Source: Polyangiales bacterium (GTDB taxonomy: Bacteria; Myxococcota_A; Polyangia; Polyangiales; JADJQN01). Taken from it: 64,000 bases of DNA. The position numbers and the translations under genes were made by a program. The stretch spans positions 352,001 through 416,000 of the forward strand of contig CAXNJO010000003.1 of the NCBI GenBank assembly GCA_964202905.1, written 5' to 3'. Positions 1-9,439 of the stretch are shown piece by piece. The notes under the pieces are model-generated. The model was not told the origin of the DNA. It saw only the letters and a program-made list of their open reading frames with translations, and ran no database searches. How positions within the stretch are numbered: position 1 is the stretch's first letter; each line of letters opens with the position of its first letter.

Positions 1-1338
1 CGCGTCTACGCCTTCGCGACGAAGGCGCTGCCGAAGCTGCTCACCGGCGTGATGAGCCCCTCGCAGCTGCACACCGCGATGTTCGAGGCGCAGCCGCACG
101 CGCTCGACAGCTTGCTGATCACCGAGGGCGCGATCGAGAAGCTCCGGCACCTCGCGACGCGCGGCACGCTCGTCTTCGTGCCGACGCACTCGTCGAACCT
201 CGACTCGATCGTGCTCGGCTACGCGCTCATGCGCGAGGGGCTCCCGCCCGTCAGCTATGGCGCGGGGAAGAACCTCTTCACGAACCCGATCATCTCGTTC
301 TTCATGCACAACCTCGGCGCGTACCGGCTCGACCGACGCATCAAGGCGGGGCTCTACAAGGACGCGCTGAAGTCCTATTCCACCGTGCTGCTCGAGCGCG
401 GCTACCACTCGCTCTTCTTCCCCGGCGGCACGCGCTCGCGCTCGGGGATGATCGAGCAGCACCTCAAGCTCGGCCTCGCGGGCACGGCGATCGAGGCCTT
501 CGCGCGGAACCAGTCGCGCGGCATCGACCGGCCGCTGTGGTTCGTGCCCACGACGATCAACTACGCGCTCGTGCTCGAGGCCGAGACGCTCATCGAGGAC
601 CACCTCAAGGAGCAGGGCAAGGCGCGCTACATCATCGAGGACGACGAGTTCTCGTCGGTCGAGCGCTGGGTCGACTTCTTCCGCAAGCTCTCGCTGCTCT
701 CGTCCGCGTGCGTCGTCCGCTTCGGCGAGCCGATGGACCCGTTCGCGAACCCCGTCGACGCCGACGGACGCTCGCTCGCGCCGGACGGGCGCGTGGTCGC
801 CGCGGGCTCGTACGTGCGGCGGCGCGGCGAGCCCGTCGTCGATGCCGCGCGCGACGCGGCCTACACGACGCTGCTCGGCGAGGCGATCGCGGAGCGCTTC
901 CTGCGCGAGACGGTGATCATGAGCACGCAGCTCGTCGCGCACGTGCTCTTCCGCGCGATCGTGAGCGCGACGCCGGGCACCGATCTCTTCGGCCGCATGC
1001 GACACCGCGGCGACATCAGCGTGCCCATCGCGAAGCTCTGCGCGGAGGTGGGCGAGGCCCGCGACGCGCTGCTCGCGCTCGAGCGCGAGGGCCTCGTGCA
1101 CGGCAGCCCCGCGCTGCACGGGGACCCACCGGAGCAGCTCGTCGAGCGTGCGCTGCAGTTCTGGACGGGGTATCACACCGCGCCCGTGGCCACGCACACC
1201 GGCGCCGAGGTCGTCTGCGAGGACCCCGCGCTGCTCCACTACTACGGCAACCGGCTCGTGCCCTTCGCGACGCGCATCGCGACGCCCGCGCACGCAGCCG
1301 CCGCGCGCGAGATCGCGCTCCTGGGGCAGCGCGCGTGA
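1..1338 (+). CDS. Glycerol-3-phosphate/DHAP acyltransferase, PlsB-like (5' truncated by window edge)
   Basis: Frame open from base 1. Acyltransferase HxxxxD motif (THSSNLD), FFPGGTRSRSG block, GAGKNLF. Confidence 0.8.
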   Translation, partial: RVYAFATKALPKLLTGVMSPSQLHTAMFEAQPHALDSLLITEGAIEKLRHLATRGTLVFVPTHSSNLDSIVLGYALMREGLPPVSYGAGKNLFTNPIISFFMHNLGAYRLDRRIKAGLYKDALKSYSTVLLERGYHSLFFPGGTRSRSGMIEQHLKLGLAGTAIEAFARNQSRGIDRPLWFVPTTINYALVLEAETLIEDHLKEQGKARYIIEDDEFSSVERWVDFFRKLSLLSSACVVRFGEPMDPFANPVDADGRSLAPDGRVVAAGSYVRRRGEPVVDAARDAAYTTLLGEAIAERFLRETVIMSTQLVAHVLFRAIVSATPGTDLFGRMRHRGDISVPIAKLCAEVGEARDALLALEREGLVHGSPALHGDPPEQLVERALQFWTGYHTAPVATHTGAEVVCEDPALLHYYGNRLVPFATRIATPAHAAAAREIALLGQRA

Positions 1339-2273
1339 CGCTACGCGTCGGGATCGTGGGCGGCGGGAGCTTCGGGCGCGGCCTGGCGACGGCGGCCGCC
1401 CGCGCCGGCAACGACGTCGTGCTCTGGAGCCGCTCCGCACGCGGGGGCGAGACGGCCGGCTTCCGCACGACGGACGCGCTCGGCGAGGTCGCGAGGGCCG
1501 AGCTGCTCTTCGTCGCGGTGCCCTCCCCGCACGTCCGCGAGGTCGCGCGCGCGCTCGGCGCGCACCTCGACGGCGCGCACCTGCTCGTCCATGTCTCGCG
1601 CGGGCTCATCGGCGACGAGCTGCGCTCGATCACGCGCGTGCTGCGCGAGGAGACGCCGGTCGTGCGGCTCGGCGCGCTCGCGGGCCCGCTCGTCGCGGAG
1701 GCGCTCGCCGCCGGCACGCCGAGCGGCGCCGTCGTGGGCACGCTCTTCCCGGAGGTGGGCGCGGCCGTGCGCCAGGCGATCGGCGGCGAGACGCTGCGCA
1801 TCTACACGACGGACGACGTGGCCGGCGTGGAGGTGGGCTCCGCGCTCGTCGGGATGCTCGCGCTCGCGACGGGCTTCGCGATGGGCATCGGCAGCGGGCC
1901 GGCGGCGCTCGCGGTGCTCTGCACGCGCGGCCTCGCGGAGGCGCAGCGCGTCGGGGCGCGGCTCGGCGCGCGCGAGCGGACCTTCTCCGGGCTCGCGGGC
2001 TTCGGCGATCTCGTCTCGGCGGTCGCGGGCGACGAGCGCCCCGAGATCCGGCTCGGTCGCGCGCTCGCGCAGGGCGCCTCGCTCGACGAGGCGGCGCGCG
2101 CGGCCGGTGCGTACATCGAGGGCGTGAGCATCGCGCGGCGGGTCACGCGGTTCGCCGAGGGGGCGGGCGTCGAGGCGCCCATCGCCGCCGCGACCGCCGC
2201 CGTCGTCGACGGCGTGCTCAGCCCGCGCGACGCCATGCGCTCACTCATGGCGCGGCAGGCCACCCCCGAATGA
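1335..2273 (+). CDS. gpsA: NAD(P)H-dependent glycerol-3-phosphate dehydrogenase-like protein (catalytic Lys apparently missing)
   Basis: GTGA overlap with upstream stop. GIVGGGSFG Rossmann motif, AVPS, DVAGVE, GLAGFGDL, IEG motifs. Confidence 0.75.
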   Translation: MTLRVGIVGGGSFGRGLATAAARAGNDVVLWSRSARGGETAGFRTTDALGEVARAELLFVAVPSPHVREVARALGAHLDGAHLLVHVSRGLIGDELRSITRVLREETPVVRLGALAGPLVAEALAAGTPSGAVVGTLFPEVGAAVRQAIGGETLRIYTTDDVAGVEVGSALVGMLALATGFAMGIGSGPAALAVLCTRGLAEAQRVGARLGARERTFSGLAGFGDLVSAVAGDERPEIRLGRALAQGASLDEAARAAGAYIEGVSIARRVTRFAEGAGVEAPIAAATAAVVDGVLSPRDAMRSLMARQATPE

Positions 2274-3421
2274 CCGTCACCTGGACGTTCCCGACACGCA
2301 TCCTCTTCGGCGAAGGCGCCGTGGAGGAGCTCGGCCGCGAGGCGACGCACCTCGGCGCGCGACACGCGCTCATCGTCACCGAGCCGGGCGTCGCCGCCGC
2401 GGGCATCGCGTCGCTCGTCGGCCGCGCGCTCGACCTCGCCGGCGTCGCGTTCACGGTCTTCGAGGGCGTGGGCACGCGCCCCACCGCCGCGCAGGTCGAC
2501 CGCGCGAGCGAGGCCTACCGCGGCGCGCACGCGGACCTCGTCGTCGCCGTCGGCGGCGGCGCGGCGATCGACGTCGCGAAGCTCCTGCGCGTCCGCGTGA
2601 CGCTGGACGTCTCACTGGTCGATCTCGACGGGGACGGCGCCGCGCGCATCACCACGCCGCTGCCCCCGCTGTTCGCCGTCCCGACGACGGCCGGCAGCGG
2701 CGCGGAGGTGAGCGCACGCGCGCGCGTCGCGACCGGGCACGAGGCCCCGCACCGGCACGTCGTCGTGACCGCCCCCGCGCTCCTGCCGATGCTCGCCATC
2801 CTCGATCCGCGGCTCACGCTCGCGCTGACCCCGGAGCTCACCGCGGCGACGGGCTTCGAGGCTTTGACGCAGTGCGTCGAAGCGGCGTGCTCCCCCGCGT
2901 TGCATCCGATGGCCGATGCCATCGCGCTCGAGGGCATCGCGCTCATCGCGCAGCACCTCGAGCGCGCCGTGCGTGAGCCCCGCGATCTCGTGGCGCGCGC
3001 GGCGATGCTGCAGGCGTCGATGATGGGCGGCGTCGCGGCGCAGAAGGGGCACGGCGCCGCGCATGCGCTCGCGCACTCCGTCGCGGGCGAGCACGACCTG
3101 CACGCCGGCGTCGCGGCAGCGCTGTGTCTGCCGGCGGTGCTCGACTTCAACCGCAGCGCCGCGTTGCTTCAGGTCGCGCACGTCGGCCGCATCCTCGGCG
3201 CACGCGGCGACGACCTCGAGACGCTCGCCTTCGAGGCGTCGGGCGCCGTGCGGGCCCTGCGCAAGCGCGTGCACCTCGTCGGCGGGCTCGCCGAGGCGGG
3301 CATCGACGAGGACGCGCTGCCCGGCCTCGCGGCGCTCGCGGCCGCCGACCGGGCGCACCTCGGCAACCCGCGCCCCTGCGACGGCGACGACATGCTCGCG
3401 CTGCTGCGCGCGTCGGTCTAG
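2270..3421 (+). CDS. Iron-containing alcohol dehydrogenase family protein (metal ligands degenerate)
   Basis: ATGA overlap. FPTRILFGEG, GGGAAIDVAK, PTTAGSGAEV, AILDPRLT, HALAH, GNPR. Confidence 0.85.
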   Translation: MTVTWTFPTRILFGEGAVEELGREATHLGARHALIVTEPGVAAAGIASLVGRALDLAGVAFTVFEGVGTRPTAAQVDRASEAYRGAHADLVVAVGGGAAIDVAKLLRVRVTLDVSLVDLDGDGAARITTPLPPLFAVPTTAGSGAEVSARARVATGHEAPHRHVVVTAPALLPMLAILDPRLTLALTPELTAATGFEALTQCVEAACSPALHPMADAIALEGIALIAQHLERAVREPRDLVARAAMLQASMMGGVAAQKGHGAAHALAHSVAGEHDLHAGVAAALCLPAVLDFNRSAALLQVAHVGRILGARGDDLETLAFEASGAVRALRKRVHLVGGLAEAGIDEDALPGLAALAAADRAHLGNPRPCDGDDMLALLRASV

Positions 3422-3436
3422 ACGCGCGGCGCCGGT

Positions 3437-4504
3437 TCAGCTGGCGGTGGCGTCGTCGATCGTGCGCACGGGACGCCCCTCGGGCGGCGGCGCGAGGCGG
3501 CCCGCCTCGTACGCGTCGAGGATCGCGAGGCAGCCCTCGAGGCTGTCGCAGAAGAGCAGGTGCCGGCGCAGCGCGCCTGCGCCAGGCAGGCCGCTGAGAT
3601 AGCCCGAGAGGTAGCGGCGCGTCGCGCGGACGCCGTGCACCTCACCGCGCTCGGCGGCCGCAGCGCGCAGATGTTCGCGGCAGAGGCCGAGGCGCTCTTC
3701 GGGCGTCGGTGGCGCGATCTCCGTGCCCGTGTCGAGCAGCGCGCGCACCTCGCGGAAGATCCACGGATGGTCGATGGCGCGGCGCCCGACCATCACGCCG
3801 GCGCAGCCCGTCTCGCGGAGCGCGCGCTCGGCCAGCGGGGCGCTGTTCACGTCGCCGTTCACGATGACCGGCATCGACACGCCTTCGCGGGCGCGCGCGG
3901 CCCAGCTCCAGTCGGCCGCGCCCGAGTGGCCCATGTCGGCCGTGCGGCAGTGGATGGTCAGCGCGCGCACGCCGACGTCCTCGAGCCGCCGCGCGAGGTC
4001 GAGGATCGGCATGTGCGACTCGGGGCCCCAGCCGACCCGCGTCTTCACCGTCACCGGCAGCGACACCGCGCGCACGACCTCGGCGGCCATCGCGACCATC
4101 GCGTCCGGGTCACGGAGCCAGCCGGCGCCCGCGCCGCGTCGCGCGATCTTGGGCACCCAGCAGCCGCAGTTGATGTCGACGTACGAGGGCCCGGACTCCT
4201 CCGCGACGCGCGCCGCCTCGACGAGCCGCTCCGGATCGGCGCCGTAGATCTGGATGGCCGTCGGCTGATCGTCGGGCGCGAGATCGATCTTCTTCGCGGC
4301 CTTGCGGCAGCCGCGCAGGAGGCCCTCGACGTTGACGAACTCCGTCACGCAGAGGTGCGCGCCGCGCGCGCGGCAGAGCGCGCGGAAGACGTGGTCGGTC
4401 ACGTCCTCCATCGGCGCGAGGATCACGGGGCGCGACGTGAAGAGGGCGCGGAAGCGCGCCTCGGGCGTGTCGAGGGCGGGTGCGGCGGTGGCGGGCGAGC
4501 TCAT
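3437..4504 (-). CDS. dusB: tRNA-dihydrouridine synthase
   Basis: LAPMEDVTD, DINCGCW, PVTVKTR, TIHCRT, NGDV, GVMVGR. Confidence 0.9.
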   Translation of the reverse strand: MSSPATAAPALDTPEARFRALFTSRPVILAPMEDVTDHVFRALCRARGAHLCVTEFVNVEGLLRGCRKAAKKIDLAPDDQPTAIQIYGADPERLVEAARVAEESGPSYVDINCGCWVPKIARRGAGAGWLRDPDAMVAMAAEVVRAVSLPVTVKTRVGWGPESHMPILDLARRLEDVGVRALTIHCRTADMGHSGAADWSWAARAREGVSMPVIVNGDVNSAPLAERALRETGCAGVMVGRRAIDHPWIFREVRALLDTGTEIAPPTPEERLGLCREHLRAAAAERGEVHGVRATRRYLSGYLSGLPGAGALRRHLLFCDSLEGCLAILDAYEAGRLAPPPEGRPVRTIDDATAS

Positions 4505-4618
4505 GGCGTGGGTCGTCGACGCGCGGCGTGGCCGCACGCGAGCAGCGGGTTCTGACGCGGAACCCGCGCAGCGTAAAGGCGACGCGCGCGGCCCGGCGCC
4601 CGCGCGGAGTCGCGGTGG

Positions 4619-4702
4619 GGGGAAGCGGCGGGGCGGAAGCAGTGGGGCGGAAGCGGTGACGCGGAAGCAGTGGAGCGGAAGCGGCGCAGCGGATCGGCGC
4701 CG
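4619..4702. repeat. Intergenic 14-bp tandem repeat (about 6 copies, GCGGAAGCRGTGRN)
   Basis: Units start at 4619, 4633, 4647, 4661, 4675, 4689. Confidence 0.85.
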
Positions 4703-4709
4703 GCCCCGG

Positions 4710-5483
4710 CTACGCGGGCGATCGCGGCGGCGCGGCGAGGGCGCGCACGAGGGGGAGCGCGAGGCCGCAGGCGTCGGCGTGCGCGATCGTCCGCGCGAGG
4801 CGGGCGGGGGCGCTGCGACCCGCGCATGCGTGGCGCGGGTCGGCGGCGCAGGCGCGGTCGAACACGGCGCGCGCGGCCGCGTGATCGACCGGGCGCGGCG
4901 CGAACAGCGCGGACTCGAGCGCGAGCAGCTCGCCCGCGAGCGCGTCCACGAGCGCGCCGTGCTCCGAGCGCAGCGTGCCGACGTCTCCGCCGACGCGCAG
5001 GCCCGCGAGGTTCATCGCGAGGATGTAGAGGTTCTTCGCGGCGAGCGCGGCGCACGCCTCGTCGGGGGTGACCTGCGCGACGGCGAGGCCGAGGGACGCG
5101 AGCGACGCGGCGAGCAGCGGCGCACCCGGCCCGGCGACCTGCGTCGGCAGAAGCACGCGGGCCTCGCCGCCGCGCTTCTTCTCGAACCAGACGATCGCGA
5201 GCGTCGGCGCGTCGAGGCCGTGCCGCGCCCAGTCACGCGGCCGGAGCTCGTTCTGCAGCAGCGCGACGCGCGCGCGCCACGGCGCCGGCAGGCGCGCGAG
5301 CGCTCCGTCGAGGTCCGCCTCACCGACCGCGACGAGCACGAGCGCCGGCGCAGGCAGACGCGCCGCGAGCGCGGCGACGTCGGTGTCGCGCAGCACCGGG
5401 ACCACCGTGTGTCCCGTGCGCAGCAGCCCGCGCGCGAAGACGGCGCCGAGCTCGCCCATCCCCCACACGACGACCTCGCTCAC
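4710..5483 (-). CDS. Rossmann-fold protein, ketopantoate-reductase-like, function unknown
   Basis: N-terminal VVVWGMGELG, LLQNEL, KNLY-x4-N. Overlaps the rnd stop. Confidence 0.65.
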   Translation of the reverse strand: MSEVVVWGMGELGAVFARGLLRTGHTVVPVLRDTDVAALAARLPAPALVLVAVGEADLDGALARLPAPWRARVALLQNELRPRDWARHGLDAPTLAIVWFEKKRGGEARVLLPTQVAGPGAPLLAASLASLGLAVAQVTPDEACAALAAKNLYILAMNLAGLRVGGDVGTLRSEHGALVDALAGELLALESALFAPRPVDHAAARAVFDRACAADPRHACAGRSAPARLARTIAHADACGLALPLVRALAAPPRSPA

Positions 5484-6667
5484 GGGGCGCCCCCCGACGC
5501 GCCCGGTCCCGCGGCGCGCGCGGCAGCGAGCACGGCGAGGAGCGCGTCACCATCACGCACGATGCGCATCGCGCCGAGCCCGCGCACCGCGTGCAGCGCG
5601 CCGAGGTCCGCGGCGTCGCGCTCGGCGAGATCGGCGAGGCAATGGCCGGGCAACACGGCCTGCGCGTCGACGTCGCGCGCCGCCGCGAGCTCCCGGCGCC
5701 AGGCCTGCAGCGCCTTCTCACGGGTTCGCTGCGCGGCGCGCTCGGCCGCCGGCATGGGCTCACCGCGCGCGGGCCGCAGCTCCTCGGGGGGCACGTCCCC
5801 GGCGGCCTCGCCACGGCGCACCGCCTGGAGGAGCCGCTCGGCGAGCGGTGCGCTCCGCACGACGAAGTCCCCGCCCGCGGCGCGCAGATCCTGGCGCGTC
5901 CGCGGACGCCGCCGCGCGACGGCGAGGAGCACCTCGTTGCCGAGCACCTTGAAGGCGGGCACGTCGCGCCGCTCGGCCTCCTCTTCGCGCACGAGGCAGA
6001 GCTCGCGCAGCGCCGCGCGGGCGAGCGCGGGGAGCTCGACGCCGCCCTTCACGCGCGTCCAGGGCGGCGGCGCGGGCGGCGGCTCGTCCGCGGCGCGCGT
6101 GAGCACGTAGCGGCACTCCTCCTCGATCTCGGCGACGATGCCGCGCGTCTCGGCCGCAGCGAGCAGGCGCTCCGCGAGCGCGTGCAGGTGCAGGACATCG
6201 CCCGCGAGGTAGCGCACCGCGCCCTCGTCGAGGGGTCGCACGCCCCAGTCCGCGCGCTGCCGATCCTTGGGGAGCGCGACGCCGAAGTGCTTCTCGACGA
6301 GCGCAGCGAGGCCCTGCGCGGGCTCGCCGAGAAAGCGCGCGCACACGGAGGTGTCGAGGACGTTGCCGAGGGGCAGGCCGCGCTCGCGCAGCAGGCGCGC
6401 GTCGAAGGCCGCGTCGTGCAGCAGCTTGCACGGGCCGCGCTCGGAGAGGGCCGGCGCGAGGACGCGGAGGTCGTCGAGCACGAGCGTGTCGACGATGGCG
6501 AGCGCGTCGGGCGTCGCGACCTGCATCGTGCAGAGGCGCGTGCGGTAGCGGTAGAGGCCGTCGCCCTCGACGTCGAGCGCGATGCGCTCCGCGCGGGCGA
6601 GCGTCTCCGCCAGCCACGCCAGCCCGGATGGCGTGTCCACCAACCGCGGCGCCAGGGGTCCCTCCAC
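5480..6667 (-). CDS. rnd: Ribonuclease D (DEDDy exonuclease with HRDC domains)
   Basis: ALDVEGD, LHDAAFD, DWGVRPL, YLAGDV, HRDC-like RDVPAFKVL. TAGAGT 7 nt before GTG. Confidence 0.9.
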   Translation of the reverse strand: MEGPLAPRLVDTPSGLAWLAETLARAERIALDVEGDGLYRYRTRLCTMQVATPDALAIVDTLVLDDLRVLAPALSERGPCKLLHDAAFDARLLRERGLPLGNVLDTSVCARFLGEPAQGLAALVEKHFGVALPKDRQRADWGVRPLDEGAVRYLAGDVLHLHALAERLLAAAETRGIVAEIEEECRYVLTRAADEPPPAPPPWTRVKGGVELPALARAALRELCLVREEEAERRDVPAFKVLGNEVLLAVARRRPRTRQDLRAAGGDFVVRSAPLAERLLQAVRRGEAAGDVPPEELRPARGEPMPAAERAAQRTREKALQAWRRELAAARDVDAQAVLPGHCLADLAERDAADLGALHAVRGLGAMRIVRDGDALLAVLAAARAAGPGASGGAP

Positions 6668-6736
6668 ACCGCGCACTCTACACAGCTTCGCGCGCGGCGC
6701 GTGCCCTCGCCGCGCATCCGCGATAGCTTCCGCGCG

Positions 6737-7342
6737 ATGCCGGCCGGCGCGCGTTTCGGGGGAGGGGATGCGCCGGGCCGTCGCGGGCGCGGCGATGGCA
6801 CGGGCGGTCGGCCGCGCCGCGTGATCCCGCCGGGCGCGACGATCATCGGCAAGGGCAAGCCGCGTGGCGGCGAGCCGGCGGCGCTCGCGGGGCTCGTCTC
6901 GCGCGCCTATCCGAGCGCCGAGCCCGACGACATCGCGGCCCTGCGGGCATTCACGTGGTGGGCCCGCGCGGTGCCGCCGCGCGTCGCGAAGAATGCGCGG
7001 CCCGTGCGCGTGCACGGCGGCGTCCTCACCGTGCACGCGGCGACGAGCGCGTGGGTGAGCGACCTCAGCTTCCTGCGCGAGCAGATCCTCACCGCGATCC
7101 AGCGCTTCGCCCCCGCCGCGCGCATCCGCGACCTCCGCGTGAAGGTCGGGCCGCTGCCGCCCATCCCGCCTCCGCCCGAGCGCCGCAGCGACTCGTCGCC
7201 GCCCCCGGCCCCGCGCGACATCGCGCTGCCCGCGGACATCGCAGGCGCGCTCGCGCAGGTCGGCGACGACCGCCTCCGCGAGGTGCTCGCCGACGCGGCC
7301 CGCGCGACCCTCGCGCCCGCCGTGCCACGCCGGCGCCGATAG
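6737..7342 (+). CDS. dciA: DciA/DUF721 family protein
   Basis: WARAVPPRVAKNARP...LTVHAATSAWVSDLSFLREQIL. TAGCTT 7 nt before ATG. Confidence 0.75.
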   Translation: MPAGARFGGGDAPGRRGRGDGTGGRPRRVIPPGATIIGKGKPRGGEPAALAGLVSRAYPSAEPDDIAALRAFTWWARAVPPRVAKNARPVRVHGGVLTVHAATSAWVSDLSFLREQILTAIQRFAPAARIRDLRVKVGPLPPIPPPPERRSDSSPPPAPRDIALPADIAGALAQVGDDRLREVLADAARATLAPAVPRRRR

Positions 7343-7433
7343 CCCTGAGCCCCGTCGACCGCACGCGCGCGGCACCCGCTCGCGCATCGACGCGCCTTGC
7401 CCGCCGCGTCCGGCCGGGCCAGAGCAAGCCGCG

Positions 7434-8063
7434 ATGACGTCCATCCAGGTGACGGGCATCCGCACCGTGGCGGACGCGGAGCGCGCGATCGCGATCGGCG
7501 CCGCGGCCCTCGCGCTGCGCCTCGGCGCGGGCCTGCCGGGGGCCATCGACACCGCGACCGCGCGCGCGATCGTCGACGCGGTCGGCGCCCGTGCGCTCGT
7601 CGTGGGCGTCTTCGTGGACACACCCCTCGCGGCGGTCCGCGCGGCGAAGGACGCGGCGCGACTCGGCTGCGTGGAGCTCGCCGGCGACGAGCCGCCCGAG
7701 CTCCTCGCGCCGCTCCTGCCGCACGCCTACAAGGTGCTCCGCGCGCGCGACGCCGGGCTCGTCGAGGCGGCGCGTCGCTACGGCGGTCGCTACATGCGGC
7801 TCGAGCTCGGAGGCGCCGCCGACCCGGACGCGCTGCAGGGCGCGCTCCAGCGGGCTGCGCACCTCGCGCGGGCGCGCCGCGTCACGCTCGCGGGCGGGCT
7901 CGGGCCGGACGACGTCGGCGCCGCGATCGCGCGCGTCGCCCCATTTTGCGTGGACTTCGGGGTCCCTCCCGACGCAGACGGGCTCGACGCCGCGCGGCTC
8001 GCTGCGTTCGTCGCGGCGGTGCGGGCCGCGGACGCGCAGATCGTCAGCGCGCGGCCCGGCTGA
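7434..8063 (+). CDS. trpF: Phosphoribosylanthranilate isomerase-like protein (degenerate)
   Basis: VGVFVD, ELAGDEPP, LAGGLGPDDV; about 210-aa TIM-barrel size. Confidence 0.65.
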   Translation: MTSIQVTGIRTVADAERAIAIGAAALALRLGAGLPGAIDTATARAIVDAVGARALVVGVFVDTPLAAVRAAKDAARLGCVELAGDEPPELLAPLLPHAYKVLRARDAGLVEAARRYGGRYMRLELGGAADPDALQGALQRAAHLARARRVTLAGGLGPDDVGAAIARVAPFCVDFGVPPDADGLDAARLAAFVAAVRAADAQIVSARPG

Positions 8064-8180
8064 TCGGCGGAGGACGCGGTGACGGCGCCCGGCGCCGTGT
8101 GCGTCAGGCGTCAGGCGCCGTGCATGCGGTGTCAGGCCCGCCTGGCGGCGCAGCGCGCGCCGTGCGCGGGCGCCGTGCCG

Positions 8181-8558
8181 TCAGCGGACGCCGAGCAGCG
8201 CGCGGACCGTCGCGACGACCTCGGGCGCCTGCACGGGCTTGGTGAGGTAGGCGTTCGCGCCGAGCGCGAGCGCACGCTGCCGGTCTTCGCTCGCGCCCTC
8301 CGTGGTGACGACGACGATCGGGACGTCCTTGTGCAACGGGTCCGCGCGCATGCGCCGGATCAGCTTGAGACCATCCATGATGGGCATGTTGATGTCGGTG
8401 ATCACGAGGTCGAAGCGCCGCCCGGCGAGCGCGCGCAGGGCGTGCACGCCGTCGTCGGCCTCGCTCACCTCGAGCCCCTTGATCCGCGCGAGCGCGAAGA
8501 CGAGGAGCTGCCGCATCATCGGCGAGTCTTCGACGATCAGGCAGTGTTGAGGGGTCAT
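8181..8558 (-). CDS. cheY: Single-domain response regulator (CheY-like)
   Basis: LIVEDS, ITDINMP, VTTE, YLTKP. Confidence 0.9.
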   Translation of the reverse strand: MTPQHCLIVEDSPMMRQLLVFALARIKGLEVSEADDGVHALRALAGRRFDLVITDINMPIMDGLKLIRRMRADPLHKDVPIVVVTTEGASEDRQRALALGANAYLTKPVQAPEVVATVRALLGVR

Positions 8559-8590
8559 CGGGGCCTCTCGCCGGAGGGGTGGATCGGCAC

Positions 8591-9298
8591 TCACGCGCAG
8601 AGTTGTTCGCGCAACGCCGCGAGCGCGGCCGCAGGTCCGGGCGCCCGCGCGTGCAGCGCCGCCGCGAGGAGCGCGGGCCCGGCCTGCGCGGCGAGGAGCC
8701 GGAAGAGCGCGTCGTCGATCTCGGCCCACCCGCGCTTCTGCGGCAAGAGCGCGACGACGGTGAGGACGCCGACGACCTGGCCGTCCGCGCGGAGCGGGAC
8801 GACCGCGAGCGGCGCGTCCACCGAGCCACGCGAGGGGGGCCCACCGAGCGGCTCGACCGAGGGCACGCCCGCGACGAAGGCCGCCCCGACCACGCCCTCC
8901 CCGACGGCCACCGGCGCGAGGCCCGCTTCGGGCACGCCGTCCGACGCGATCGGGTGCAGCAGCTGCTGCGCCGCGTCGACGACGTAGACGACATACGCCT
9001 CGGCGCCGACGAGCTGCGCGAGCACCTCGCGCACGTGGTCGAGCACGCGCGGCGGCGACAGCGACGCGTGGAGCCGGGAGCCCGCCGCGTGCAGCGTGGC
9101 GAGGTCGCCGACCTCCCGCTCGAGCGCGGCGTTCTGCGCGCGCTCGTCGCGGAGCGCGGCCTCGAGCGCGGCCACGCGCGCCGGCGCCGGGGCGTCGTCC
9201 GCGCCACCCGCGGGATCCCCGCTCGCCCCTTCGCCGCCCATGCTCGCCCGCCGCTCCACCGTGCGGCGACCGTACACCAGCCGAGGCGCCGCGGTCAC
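8591..9298 (-). CDS. Coiled-coil plus GAF domain protein (start may be 9241)
   Basis: RLHASL...VLAQLVGA...GEGVVG...PLAVVPL...VGVLTV GAF pattern, inside the che cluster. Confidence 0.75.
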   Translation of the reverse strand: MTAAPRLVYGRRTVERRASMGGEGASGDPAGGADDAPAPARVAALEAALRDERAQNAALEREVGDLATLHAAGSRLHASLSPPRVLDHVREVLAQLVGAEAYVVYVVDAAQQLLHPIASDGVPEAGLAPVAVGEGVVGAAFVAGVPSVEPLGGPPSRGSVDAPLAVVPLRADGQVVGVLTVVALLPQKRGWAEIDDALFRLLAAQAGPALLAAALHARAPGPAAALAALREQLCA

Positions 9299-9439
9299 GT
9301 CCGCGCGCGTTGCCCCGCACGCACGCGTCGAGGCGAAAGGTGGCCCCCCGTCGACGCGTCGCCATCGACCTCGCCGCGCGCGCGAGGCCGCACCGCGCTC
9401 CCCCCTCGACGCCCGCCGACGCGCACCGCGCGGCCGCGC

